A stretch of 64,000 bases of DNA from NCBI GenBank assembly GCA_046331705.1, contig JAXLQJ010000010.1, positions 124,001 to 188,000 on the forward strand. Reading direction: 5' to 3'. Under the pieces are notes generated by a model that worked only from the letters and a program-made list of their open reading frames with translations, did not search any database and was not told the origin of the DNA. The position numbers and the translations under genes were made by a program. Shown in pieces: positions 56,520-64,000 of this stretch. How positions within the stretch are numbered: position 1 is the first letter of the stretch; the number at the start of each line of letters is the position of its first letter. The DNA comes from a bacterium. GTDB taxonomy: Bacteria; JADJOY01.

Positions 56520-57014
56520 ATGCGCTTCTTCACGATTCCCGTCTTCGCCGACGACACTGCCGCGAACGAGCTCAACGGGTTCCTCGCCTCCCGTCGCGTG
56601 CTTTCGATCGATCGCCGGCTGATCGACGACGGCCCGGGGAGTGCTTGGGCCGTGTGCGTCACCTACCTCGACGCGACGAGCGGCGCGGCACCGATCAAGA
56701 AGGGCAAAGTCGACTACAAAGAGGTGCTTTCCGACGGCGATTTCGCAGTGTTCGTGCGCCTGCGCGCACTTCGGAAGAGCTTGGCCGAGCGCGATGCCGT
56801 ACCCGCCTACGCCATCTTCACGAACGAGCAGCTCGCCGCGATGGTCGAGCGGTGAGTGAGCACGGCGGCCGACATCGAGTCGATTGAAGGTGTCGGCAAG
56901 TCGCGGGTGGAGAAGTACGGCGCCGCGTTCCTCGAGATCCTGTGCTCCGCGGACCTCGCCGCGGCGCCAGCCGCCCTGACGGCCACCACCACCACCACCA
57001 CCGCCGCCGAGTAG
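56520..57014 (+). CDS. HRDC-domain DGR accessory protein, interrupted by an in-frame TGA at 56853-56855
   Basis: FVRLRALRKSLAERDAVPAYAIFTNEQLAAMVER*VSTAADIESIEGVGKSRVEKYGAAFLEIL reads through as a full HRDC motif; ends 7 bp before the RT. Confidence 0.85.
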
Positions 57015-57021
57015 GCCGCCG

Positions 57022-58032
57022 ATGCCGAGGCGCAGCGCGGTCAGCCTCGGCGAGATCGCATCGTTCGAGAATCTGGCAGCGGCGTTCTGGCGCGCCGCCC
57101 GAGGCAAACGCCACCGGCTGGAGGTGCGCCGCTTCGAGGCGCAACTGGAGCACGAGCTGGCGGCCCTCGCCGCCGAGATCGTCTCGCTTCGTGTGCCGGT
57201 CGGGCGGTTTCACGTGTTCCAGGTCTTCGACCCGAAGCCGCGCCTGATTCACGCGCCGGCCTTTCGCGAGCGTGTGCTGCACCACGCCATGATGCGGCCG
57301 ATGGAGCCCGTGCTCGATCGCTCGTTGGTCGACGACACGTTCGCGTGTCGCACGGGGAAAGGCACCTTGGCCGCCGTCGAGCGCGCGCAACACCATCTCA
57401 GACGCTTCTCGTGGTACGCGAAGCTCGATGTGAGGCGCTACTTCGCCAGTGTCGATCATGCGGTTCTTCGAGCGCTTCTCGAGCGCCGCTTCAAGGACCC
57501 GGGGCTTCTGGCACTTTGCGCCCGTGTGATCGATGCGCACCACGCGGCACCCGGGAAGGGCCTGCCCATCGGTGCGCTCACGTCGCAGCACTTCGCCAAT
57601 CTCTACCTCGCATCGCTCGACCGATTCCTCTTGGAGGAGCAGCGCGTGGCCGGGCTGGTGCGCTACATGGACGACGTGGCGTGGTGGTGCGAGACCAAGG
57701 AACACGCTCGCGAATCGCTTCGAAACGCGGTCCAGTTGCTGCGCGAGCGACTACTGCTCGAGGTTCACCCCAACGCACGCGTTCAGCGCAGCTCGCACGG
57801 GCTCTCGTTCCTGGGTTTCCGCGTGCGGCGGGGCGCGTTGCTGCTTTCTCGGCGGCGGCGTGTGCGTTACCGGGCCGCTCGGCAACGCTGGGAAGAGGCG
57901 TTCCGCCTCGGCCTGGTCGAGGCCCGGACCCTCCAGGCTGGCTATGCCTCCGCGCTCGCGATCACGCTCCACGCCGAGAGCCGGGGCTGGCGCCGGGCGG
58001 AGCTGGTGCTCCATCCGCCGCTGGACGCGTGA
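57022..58032 (+). CDS. DGR reverse transcriptase
   Basis: KPRLIHAPAFRERVLHHA, ACRTGKGT, KLDVRRYFASVDH, GLPIGALTSQHFANLYL, RYMDD, FLGF; 336 aa with no maturase or endonuclease extension. Confidence 0.96.
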   Translation: MPRRSAVSLGEIASFENLAAAFWRAARGKRHRLEVRRFEAQLEHELAALAAEIVSLRVPVGRFHVFQVFDPKPRLIHAPAFRERVLHHAMMRPMEPVLDRSLVDDTFACRTGKGTLAAVERAQHHLRRFSWYAKLDVRRYFASVDHAVLRALLERRFKDPGLLALCARVIDAHHAAPGKGLPIGALTSQHFANLYLASLDRFLLEEQRVAGLVRYMDDVAWWCETKEHARESLRNAVQLLRERLLLEVHPNARVQRSSHGLSFLGFRVRRGALLLSRRRRVRYRAARQRWEEAFRLGLVEARTLQAGYASALAITLHAESRGWRRAELVLHPPLDA

Positions 58033-58069
58033 GCGGCAGCTGGGTAGAAGGTCGGTGGACGAGAGTCAC

Positions 58070-58196
58070 GAGGGCTCGAATCGCGTGATCCGTGGCGGCT
58101 CTTGGAACTCGAACGCTGAGAACGTGCGTGCGGCGAACCGGAACTGGAACGAGCCGGACGATCGCAACGACAACCTTGGCTTCCGCCTTGCCCGAG
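58070..58196 (+). ncRNA. DGR template repeat (TR)
   Basis: 8 AAC + 1 AAT codons in the target frame (EGSNRVIRGGSWNSNAENVRAANRNWNEPDDRNDNLGFRLAR); 26 adenines; 37 bp after the RT stop. Confidence 0.96.
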
Positions 58197-58365
58197 CGCA
58201 CGAGCGGGCCGTGGTGCCCGCCCCTGACCCGACTCTCGTCCAGCCCGTCGGTGGGAACGCCGGCGGCAAACAGCAAGCGGGCGCCAGCGTGCCCGTAGCA
58301 CGGCGGATGCCGCGTCGAGCGCTCGCTGGCCGCCCACCCTTCGTTTTGTGCAGCGGACGGTCGTG

Positions 58366-59495
58366 ATGGCGGCGGCCTTCGCTTCTCACCCGCTCGAGAC
58401 GGGCGTGCCGCCGTCGTGGGCGTGCGAGTGGGGGGACGATCGCTACGGAGTGTGGGCGGGATTCGCGGTGGGCGAGGTCACGCACCGGCTGCGCTGGATC
58501 CGACCCGGGACGTTCTGGATGGGCTCGCCAAAGGGCGAAGCGGGGCGGTGGCCGGACGAGGGACCGCGTCATCGTGTGACGATCCGCAGCGGGTTCTGGC
58601 TGGGTGAGATGCCGTGTACCCAGGCGCTCTGGGAAGCGGTGATGGGTGAGAACCCGAGCAGATTCCAGAGCCCTACGCGCCCCGTGGAGCGCGTGAGCTG
58701 GAGCGATTGCCAGGCGTTCCTCGCTCGCCTCGGCGAGCGCGTTCCGGAGCTTAAGCCGCGGCTGCCCACCGAGGCCGAATGGGAGTACGCGTGCCGCGCC
58801 GGGACCACGACCAGCACCTATGCAGGCGAGCTGGTGATTCGCGGCGACAACGACGGCCCGGTGCTGGATGCCATCGCCTGGTACGGCGGCAACAGCGGTG
58901 TGGGATTCGAGTTGGCCGAAGCAGAGGACTCCTCGAAGTGGCCGAAGAAGCAGCACCCGCACAAGAAGGCGGGGACTCGGCCCGTGGGCTTGAAGGCACC
59001 GAATCCGTGGGGCCTCTGCGACATGCTCGGAAACGTTTGGGAATGGTGCGGCGATTGGTTTGGTGACTACGCCCCCGCAGCAGTGACCGATCCGACAGGA
59101 CCGGCCGAGGGCTCGGATCGCGTGTTCCGTGGCGGCTCTTGGGGCTCGTACGCGCGGAGCGTGCGTGCGGCGTACCGGGACTGGTACGGGCCGGCGTTCG
59201 CATCGACTACCTTGGCTTCCGCCTTGCCCGAGGTCAGGGTGCGCCAAGCGAGGCCGCGGTAGCGGCCAGCCAGACCGGTGCGAGCGAGCGCGGGTTGGCG
59301 AGGCGGGGACCGCCGAGCAAGACCCGCGGCGAGCGAGTGAAGCAAGAGCGAGTGCCTGCCGGCGCGGGGCGCGCCCCGCGCCGGTTTCGAAATTTTTTGC
59401 CGGGGATCGTGCCTTTCGATCCCACGGTGCTGGCTCTCACAGTTCCGGGCGCGCCGCTGAGCTCGAGTGAGCTCACCGCGCGACATCCCGCGTGA
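58366..59495 (+). CDS. DGR target 2: stand-alone FGE-sulfatase (CLec-fold) protein; a 1-nt deletion in VR2 gives a stop at 59262 as written, corrected frame ends at 59495
   Basis: WIRPGTFWMGSP, PVERVSW, RLPTEAEWEYACRAG, NPWGLCDMLGNVWEWC, RVFRGGSW; YLGFRLARG appears in the shifted frame. Confidence 0.85.
59107..59232 (+). repeat. DGR variable repeat VR2
   Basis: Colinear with TR; 16 substitutions, 14 at TR adenines, plus one 1-nt deletion at a TR adenine. Confidence 0.95.
59233..59328 (+). promoter_or_regulatory. Putative IMH (GTCAGGGTGCGCCA) and downstream hairpins for VR2
   Basis: Same 14-mer as after VR1; GGCCGC-GGTA-GCGGCC at 59252-59267; GGCGG-GGA-CCGCC at 59302-59314. Confidence 0.65.
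59359..59398 (+). terminator. Perfect 26-bp GC palindrome followed by a T-rich tract; possible intrinsic terminator at the island end
   Basis: CCGGCGCGGGGCGCGCCCCGCGCCGG then TTTCGAAATTTTTT. Confidence 0.55.
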
Positions 59496-59712
59496 CTTGG
59501 CCTCGGACACCGCGCCACGCCCGCCGGGCGGGGGAAGAGGGCCGTCGAGGGACCGACGGCCCGCCAGTCGATCTGTGCAGCACGGTCTCGACGCTCAGCC
59601 TTCCACCTCTTCGCGCGTGGGCGCTTCGCTGCGAGCGGCTGTAACGCTTGCGGCGCTCGGTGGACCGAACCTGGGGCGATTGCCGCGGCCCCGGCACGGG
59701 TGGAGCGAAACG

Positions 59713-59967
59713 ATGCGTTGTGTCGACGTCACCGAGCTGGTCACCGAATACGTCGAGGGGCGCATGCCCCTCGGCGAGCGCTTGCGATTCCAGCTCCACC
59801 TCGGTGCGTGCGGGCATTGCCGCGCCTATCTGGCGCAGATGCGCCAGACGGTTCGCGCGCTCGAGCGCGTCGCGCCGGCGCCCATGCCGCAGGACGTCCG
59901 CGCCGAGCTCGAGCGCCGCTTTCGCGATTGGTCGCGGACCAAGCCCTCGGACGGCGAAGCCGAGTGA
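59713..59967 (+). CDS. Zinc-finger (zf-HC2) anti-sigma factor-like protein
   Basis: MRC...ELVTEYVEG...HLGACGHCRAY (HxxxCxxC). Confidence 0.85.
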   Translation: MRCVDVTELVTEYVEGRMPLGERLRFQLHLGACGHCRAYLAQMRQTVRALERVAPAPMPQDVRAELERRFRDWSRTKPSDGEAE

Positions 59968-60069
59968 AACGCTTTCGCGCGATCCGCGACTGATAGCCGT
60001 GAGCCGCGGCACCGGGTGGCACCGACGATGGGGTCGGACACGCGGCGCGCGACGGCTCGAGAGGAAGCC

Positions 60070-60654
60070 ATGACTCACGCACACGCCACCGTCGCCACCG
60101 CCGCCGCCGTGAACCTCGCCATGCCCATCGCGGAGACTCCGATGTCCACCGATGCCAAGCCGTCGAATTTTCTGCGCTCGGCCATCGCCAAAGGCGAGGC
60201 ACTCTACGGTGTGTTCACGCGGGTCGCGGACCTCCTGCCGCACCCCGTGCTGGCGATCCTGCGCGGGTATTGGGGCTACCAGTTCTTCCAGACCGGCAAG
60301 GGCAAGCTGATGGATCTGGCTTCCGTCACCGACTTCTTCGCTTCGCTCGGCATCCCGGCGCCCCATCTCAACGCCATGATGGCGGGCGCGACCGAGTGCG
60401 TGGGCGGGCTCTTGCTCTTGGTGGGGCTGGGATCGCGGCTCGTTTCGGTGCCGCTTTCCATCACGATGCTGGTCGCGTACGCGACCGCGCATCGCGAGGC
60501 GTTGCTCGGCATCTTCGGCGATCCCGACACGTTCTTGCAGCAGGAGCCGTTCTTGTTCCTGCTCACCGCGGTGTTGGTGCTCGCGTTCGGGCCGGGTGCC
60601 TTCTCGCTCGACGCGCTCGTGAAGAAGCTCGTCCAGAAACGTCGCGCCGCGTGA
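60070..60654 (+). CDS. DoxX-family membrane protein
   Basis: FFQTGKGKL, FFASLGIPAP, ECVGGLLLLVGLGSRL, FGPGAFSLD. Confidence 0.88.
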   Translation: MTHAHATVATAAAVNLAMPIAETPMSTDAKPSNFLRSAIAKGEALYGVFTRVADLLPHPVLAILRGYWGYQFFQTGKGKLMDLASVTDFFASLGIPAPHLNAMMAGATECVGGLLLLVGLGSRLVSVPLSITMLVAYATAHREALLGIFGDPDTFLQQEPFLFLLTAVLVLAFGPGAFSLDALVKKLVQKRRAA

Positions 60655-60797
60655 GGCGGCGACCGCTCCGGACCGCCAAAACCGCGCGCGGAGCCGGCGC
60701 GTAATCAGGTAGCAGTCGCAACCAGGAACACGTCCAGCCGAACCGGTCCATGGTGGACCCCACGAGCTGGCGATCGCAGGAAAAGGGGAGGTAGGTC

Positions 60798-61055
60798 ATG
60801 AACGCGAAGATCACGGGAGCTCTGGTCGCAACCGCCGTGGCGGGTCTTTTCATCGCGGGCGCCGCGAAGGCGGCGGAGGGTACGCCGGGCACCGGCGCCA
60901 AGGTGAAGTGCGAAGGCATCAACTCCTGCAAGGGCCACGGCGCGTGCAAGGGCGGGGGCCACGGCTGCGCCGGCCAGAACGGCTGCGCCGGCAAGGGTTG
61001 GGTGGAGACGTCGGCCGAAGAGTGCGCCGCGAAGAAGGGAAAGGTCGTCAACTGA
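60798..61055 (+). CDS. Cys-rich secreted peptide, bufferin (BufA2)-like precursor
   Basis: Strong RBS; signal peptide; KCEGINSCKGHGACKGGGHGCAGQNGCAGKGWV...EEC. Confidence 0.75.
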   Translation: MNAKITGALVATAVAGLFIAGAAKAAEGTPGTGAKVKCEGINSCKGHGACKGGGHGCAGQNGCAGKGWVETSAEECAAKKGKVVN

Positions 61056-61086
61056 TCGTTTCGGCCTCGGTCGCGGGTCGCGAAAG

Positions 61087-61121
61087 CGGGCGTGGGAGCG
61101 AATCCCACGCCCGTTTCGTTT
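61087..61121 (+). terminator. Intrinsic terminator
   Basis: CGGGCGTGGGA-gcgaa-TCCCACGCCCG followed by TTTCGTTT. Confidence 0.7.
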
Positions 61122-61292
61122 GGGCGCGCCCGCGGCTCGTCAGGCGAGCGCCGCTCGCCTGCCCGCAACGCCACGAGCGCCTTCCTCGCAATCGAGCTGA
61201 AACGCGCGCGCGGCGAACGCGACTGAGAGGCGGGCGCCCGACGCGAGGTTCGCAGCGCCGCTCACCAGAAACGAACGCTCAGCGAGATCCTC

Positions 61293-62099
61293 ATGCGACG
61301 CGCCCTTCGTGAGCATTGGCCCGAGTACCTGATGGAGGCGGCGCTCCTCGGGATCTTCATGGTCCTCGCCACGGCGTACACCGTCGCCCTCGAGTACCCG
61401 GGCTCGCCGCTGCGCGCGGCGATCACGAGCGCCGCCGCGCGGCGCGCCCTCATGGGCGTGCTGATCGGCTGCACGGCGTACGCGCTGATCGTCTCGCCGT
61501 GGGGACGGCAGAGCGGCGCGCACTTCAATCCCGCGACCACGCTCACGTTCCTGCGTCTCGGCAAGATCGGCGGCTGGGACGCGCTCTTCTACGTGGTCGC
61601 CCAGTTCGTGGGTGCGGTCCTCGGGACGGTGCTGATCCGCGCGCTGGTCGGCGCGCCGGTCGCTCATCCCACGGTGGCCTACATCGTGACGACACCGGGC
61701 GCGAGCGGCGTCGCCGCGGCGTTCGCCGGCGAGCTCGCCATCGCCTTCGGGCTGATGACGGTGGTGCTCACGGTCTCGAACCATCCCACGCTGCACACCC
61801 GGACACCGCTCTTCGTGGGAATCCTGGTCGGCACGTACATCCTCGTCGAGGCGCCGCTCTCGGGCATGAGCCTGAATCCCGCGCGCTCGTTCGCGCCGGC
61901 GCTGGTCGCCGATTGGTGGCCGTCGCTCTGGATCTACTTCACGGCGCCGCCGCTCGGGATGCTGCTCGCCGCGCAGTCGTACCTGGCGCTCGCGGGGGCC
62001 GAGAAGGTCCACTGCGCCAAGATCCATCACGTGGGCGACGCGCGTTGCGTCGTCTTCCACTGTCGCTTCGGCGATCTCGTCGCGACGAGCGCTCGCTGA
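61293..62099 (+). CDS. MIP/aquaporin family channel
   Basis: SGAHFNPA and GMSLNPARS. Confidence 0.9.
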   Translation: MRRALREHWPEYLMEAALLGIFMVLATAYTVALEYPGSPLRAAITSAAARRALMGVLIGCTAYALIVSPWGRQSGAHFNPATTLTFLRLGKIGGWDALFYVVAQFVGAVLGTVLIRALVGAPVAHPTVAYIVTTPGASGVAAAFAGELAIAFGLMTVVLTVSNHPTLHTRTPLFVGILVGTYILVEAPLSGMSLNPARSFAPALVADWWPSLWIYFTAPPLGMLLAAQSYLALAGAEKVHCAKIHHVGDARCVVFHCRFGDLVATSAR

Positions 62100-62112
62100 C
62101 GGAGGCTTTGCC

Positions 62113-63657
62113 ATGTCCGCGAATCACTACGACGTCATCATCATCGGCTCGGGCGCGGGCGGAGGCACGCTCGCCTGGAAGCTCGCGCCGAGCGGCAAGC
62201 GCGTTCTCATCCTCGAGCGCGGGAGCTACGTGCCGCGGGAGCGCGACAACTGGGACTCGAAGAAGGTCATCCTGGAGGCGAAGTACCACGTCACCGAAGA
62301 GTGGTTCGACGCGAACGGGCATGGGTTCCATCCCGGCGCTCACTACAACGTGGGCGGCAACACGAAGTTCTACGGCGCGGCGCTGCTGCGCATGCGCGAG
62401 CGCGACTTCGGCGAGCTGGCGCACGCCGACGGCATCTCGCCCGCATGGCCGATCTCGTACGACGAGCTCGAGCCTTATTACACCCAGGCCGAGCACCTCT
62501 ACTTCGTGCACGGCGAGCGGGGTGTCGATCCCACCGATCCCCGCGCCAGCGCCGACTACAAGTACCCCGCGATGAGCCACGAGCCGCGGATCCAGGAGCT
62601 CTCGGACGATCTCGGAAGGCTCGGTCTCGCGCCGTTCCACGTGCCCGTGGGCGTGATGATCGACGAACGCAACCCACACGCGAGCCCGTGCATCCGGTGC
62701 AGCACCTGCGACGGATTTCCGTGCCTGGTGAACGCCAAGGCGGATGCGCAAGTGGTGTGCGTGGATCCGGCGCTGCGGCATCCCAACGTGTCGCTGCTCA
62801 CGGGCGCGATGGTCACCAAGCTCGAGACCAGCGCCTCCGGTCGCGAGGTTTCGAAGGTACACGTGAAGCGAAACGGCGCCCTCGAGACCTACAGCGCCGG
62901 CCTCGTGGTGGTCTCGGCGGGGGCCATCAACTCGGCGGCGCTGTTGCTGCGCTCGGCCAACGACAGGCACCCGAACGGCCTGGCGAATGGCTCGGACCAG
63001 GTCGGGCGGAACTACATGGCGCACGTCAACTCGATGATGCTCGCGATCTCCAAGCGCCCGAACCCCACGGTCTTCCAGAAGACGCTGGCCATCAACGATT
63101 TCTATTTCGGCACCGACGACTACGCGCACCCGATGGGGCACATCTCGTTCGTCGGCAAGAGCGACGAGTACATGCTCGCCGCGGGCGCGCCCAAGATCGT
63201 GCCGGGGCTCACGCTCGACGTGATGGCCAAGCACTCGCTCGATTTCTGGATGACCACCGAGGATCTGCCGGATCCCGAGAACCGCGTGACGCTCACCGAC
63301 GACGGCGCGATCCAGCTGCGCTATCGCGTCAACAACCTCACGTCGCACGGCATGCTGCAGAAGAAGCTCAAGTCGATGCTGGAGCACATCGGCTGCGAGG
63401 ACCACCTGCTGCCGCACAACTTCTACGTGGGCAAACGGATCCCGCTCGCGGGCGTCGCGCACCAGAACGGAACGGTGCGCTTCGGCTCGGACCCGCGAAC
63501 GTCCGTCCTGGATCCCACGTGCAAGGCGCACGAGGTCGAGAACCTCTACGTGGTGGACGGCAGCTTCTTCCCCTCGAGCTCGGCCGTGAACCCGGCGCTC
63601 ACGATCATCGCCAACGCGTTGCGGGTGGGCGATCACCTCGCGACCCGGTTGGGCTGA
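62113..63657 (+). CDS. GMC-family oxidoreductase
   Basis: IIGSGAGG, VGGNTKFYGAAL, VGRNYMAH, AHQNGT, NLYVVDGSFFPS, NPALTIIANAL. Confidence 0.9.
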   Translation: MSANHYDVIIIGSGAGGGTLAWKLAPSGKRVLILERGSYVPRERDNWDSKKVILEAKYHVTEEWFDANGHGFHPGAHYNVGGNTKFYGAALLRMRERDFGELAHADGISPAWPISYDELEPYYTQAEHLYFVHGERGVDPTDPRASADYKYPAMSHEPRIQELSDDLGRLGLAPFHVPVGVMIDERNPHASPCIRCSTCDGFPCLVNAKADAQVVCVDPALRHPNVSLLTGAMVTKLETSASGREVSKVHVKRNGALETYSAGLVVVSAGAINSAALLLRSANDRHPNGLANGSDQVGRNYMAHVNSMMLAISKRPNPTVFQKTLAINDFYFGTDDYAHPMGHISFVGKSDEYMLAAGAPKIVPGLTLDVMAKHSLDFWMTTEDLPDPENRVTLTDDGAIQLRYRVNNLTSHGMLQKKLKSMLEHIGCEDHLLPHNFYVGKRIPLAGVAHQNGTVRFGSDPRTSVLDPTCKAHEVENLYVVDGSFFPSSSAVNPALTIIANALRVGDHLATRLG

Positions 63658-63670
63658 GACGGGGGCGATC

Positions 63671-64000
63671 ATGGCGAGCCATACGTTCCGTCGCGCCGCG
63701 CTGGCCGCGCTCTTCGCGATCGTCGCGAGCTGCTCGGCGCAGATCTCGGTCGATCACGCTCCCTCGCTGGGCCGGCCCGCGAGCGCAGATCCGGGTGCGC
63801 CGGTCGGCTCGATGGGCGCCGCTGCGACGGCGGCGCCGATGGTCGTGGAGGTCGGGCCGATCGGGTTCACGGTCTCCGACATGGATCGCTCCGTGGACTT
63901 CTTCACGAAGGTGCTCACGTTCGAGAAGGAGTCGGACGTCGAGGTCGCGGGAGAGGCCTTCGAGCACCTGGAAGGCGTCTTCGGCGCGCGGGCGCGGGTG
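63671..64000 (+). CDS. VOC/glyoxalase-family protein with signal peptide, runs off the window end
   Basis: Hand translation: MASHTFRRAALAALFAIVASC...IGFTVSDMDRSVDFFTKVLTFE. Confidence 0.7.
   Translation, partial: MASHTFRRAALAALFAIVASCSAQISVDHAPSLGRPASADPGAPVGSMGAAATAAPMVVEVGPIGFTVSDMDRSVDFFTKVLTFEKESDVEVAGEAFEHLEGVFGARARV

Noticed and set aside
57022-58032. RT as a group II intron, retron or CRISPR-associated RT
   Set aside because: Short RT without maturase or Cas1 fusion, SQ motif present, and an adjacent TR/VR set explains it as a DGR RT.
55173-59262. FGE-sulfatase domains as real formylglycine-generating enzymes
   Set aside because: The catalytic Cys motif region is replaced by the variable repeat and no sulfatase gene is nearby; a CLec ligand-binding role fits better.
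59640-59669. TGTAAC...CGAA as an ECF sigma promoter upstream of the anti-sigma gene
   Set aside because: The spacer is about 19-20 nt, longer than expected, and there is no second copy to support it.

Overview
High-GC (about 70% by eye) bacterial chromosomal window, Myxococcota/Deltaproteobacteria-like by gene content (inference only). Most of it is intact housekeeping or accessory genes: groES, typA, pilT, an MCP, secreted Cys-rich proteins, a hybrid kinase, S8 proteases, a carbamoyltransferase, an NDH-2, an rpiB-pgi-gnd-zwf-glk-pgl operon, and DoxX/bufferin-like and aquaporin-GMC-VOC genes. Two islands stand out and carry all the frameshifts I found. (1) About 49.9-59.5 kb: a diversity-generating retroelement (DGR) with an RT (YMDD and GxxxSQ motifs), a 127-bp template repeat (58070-58196) and two cis variable repeats (56148-56274, 59107-59232) that differ from it almost only at template adenines. 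It has an HRDC accessory gene and no avd, plus shared 3' IMH-like and hairpin elements. It lies directly behind a Trypco2 / trypsin / MoxR AAA+ / vWA-like 'ternary conflict system' operon whose last gene is one of the DGR targets. (2) About 10.8-15.2 kb: an ~830-bp direct duplication of a gene 3' end brackets a decayed IS1-like element carrying a Panacea antitoxin and a putative toxin. All alignments and counts were done by hand, and family names come from motif recognition, not database searches.
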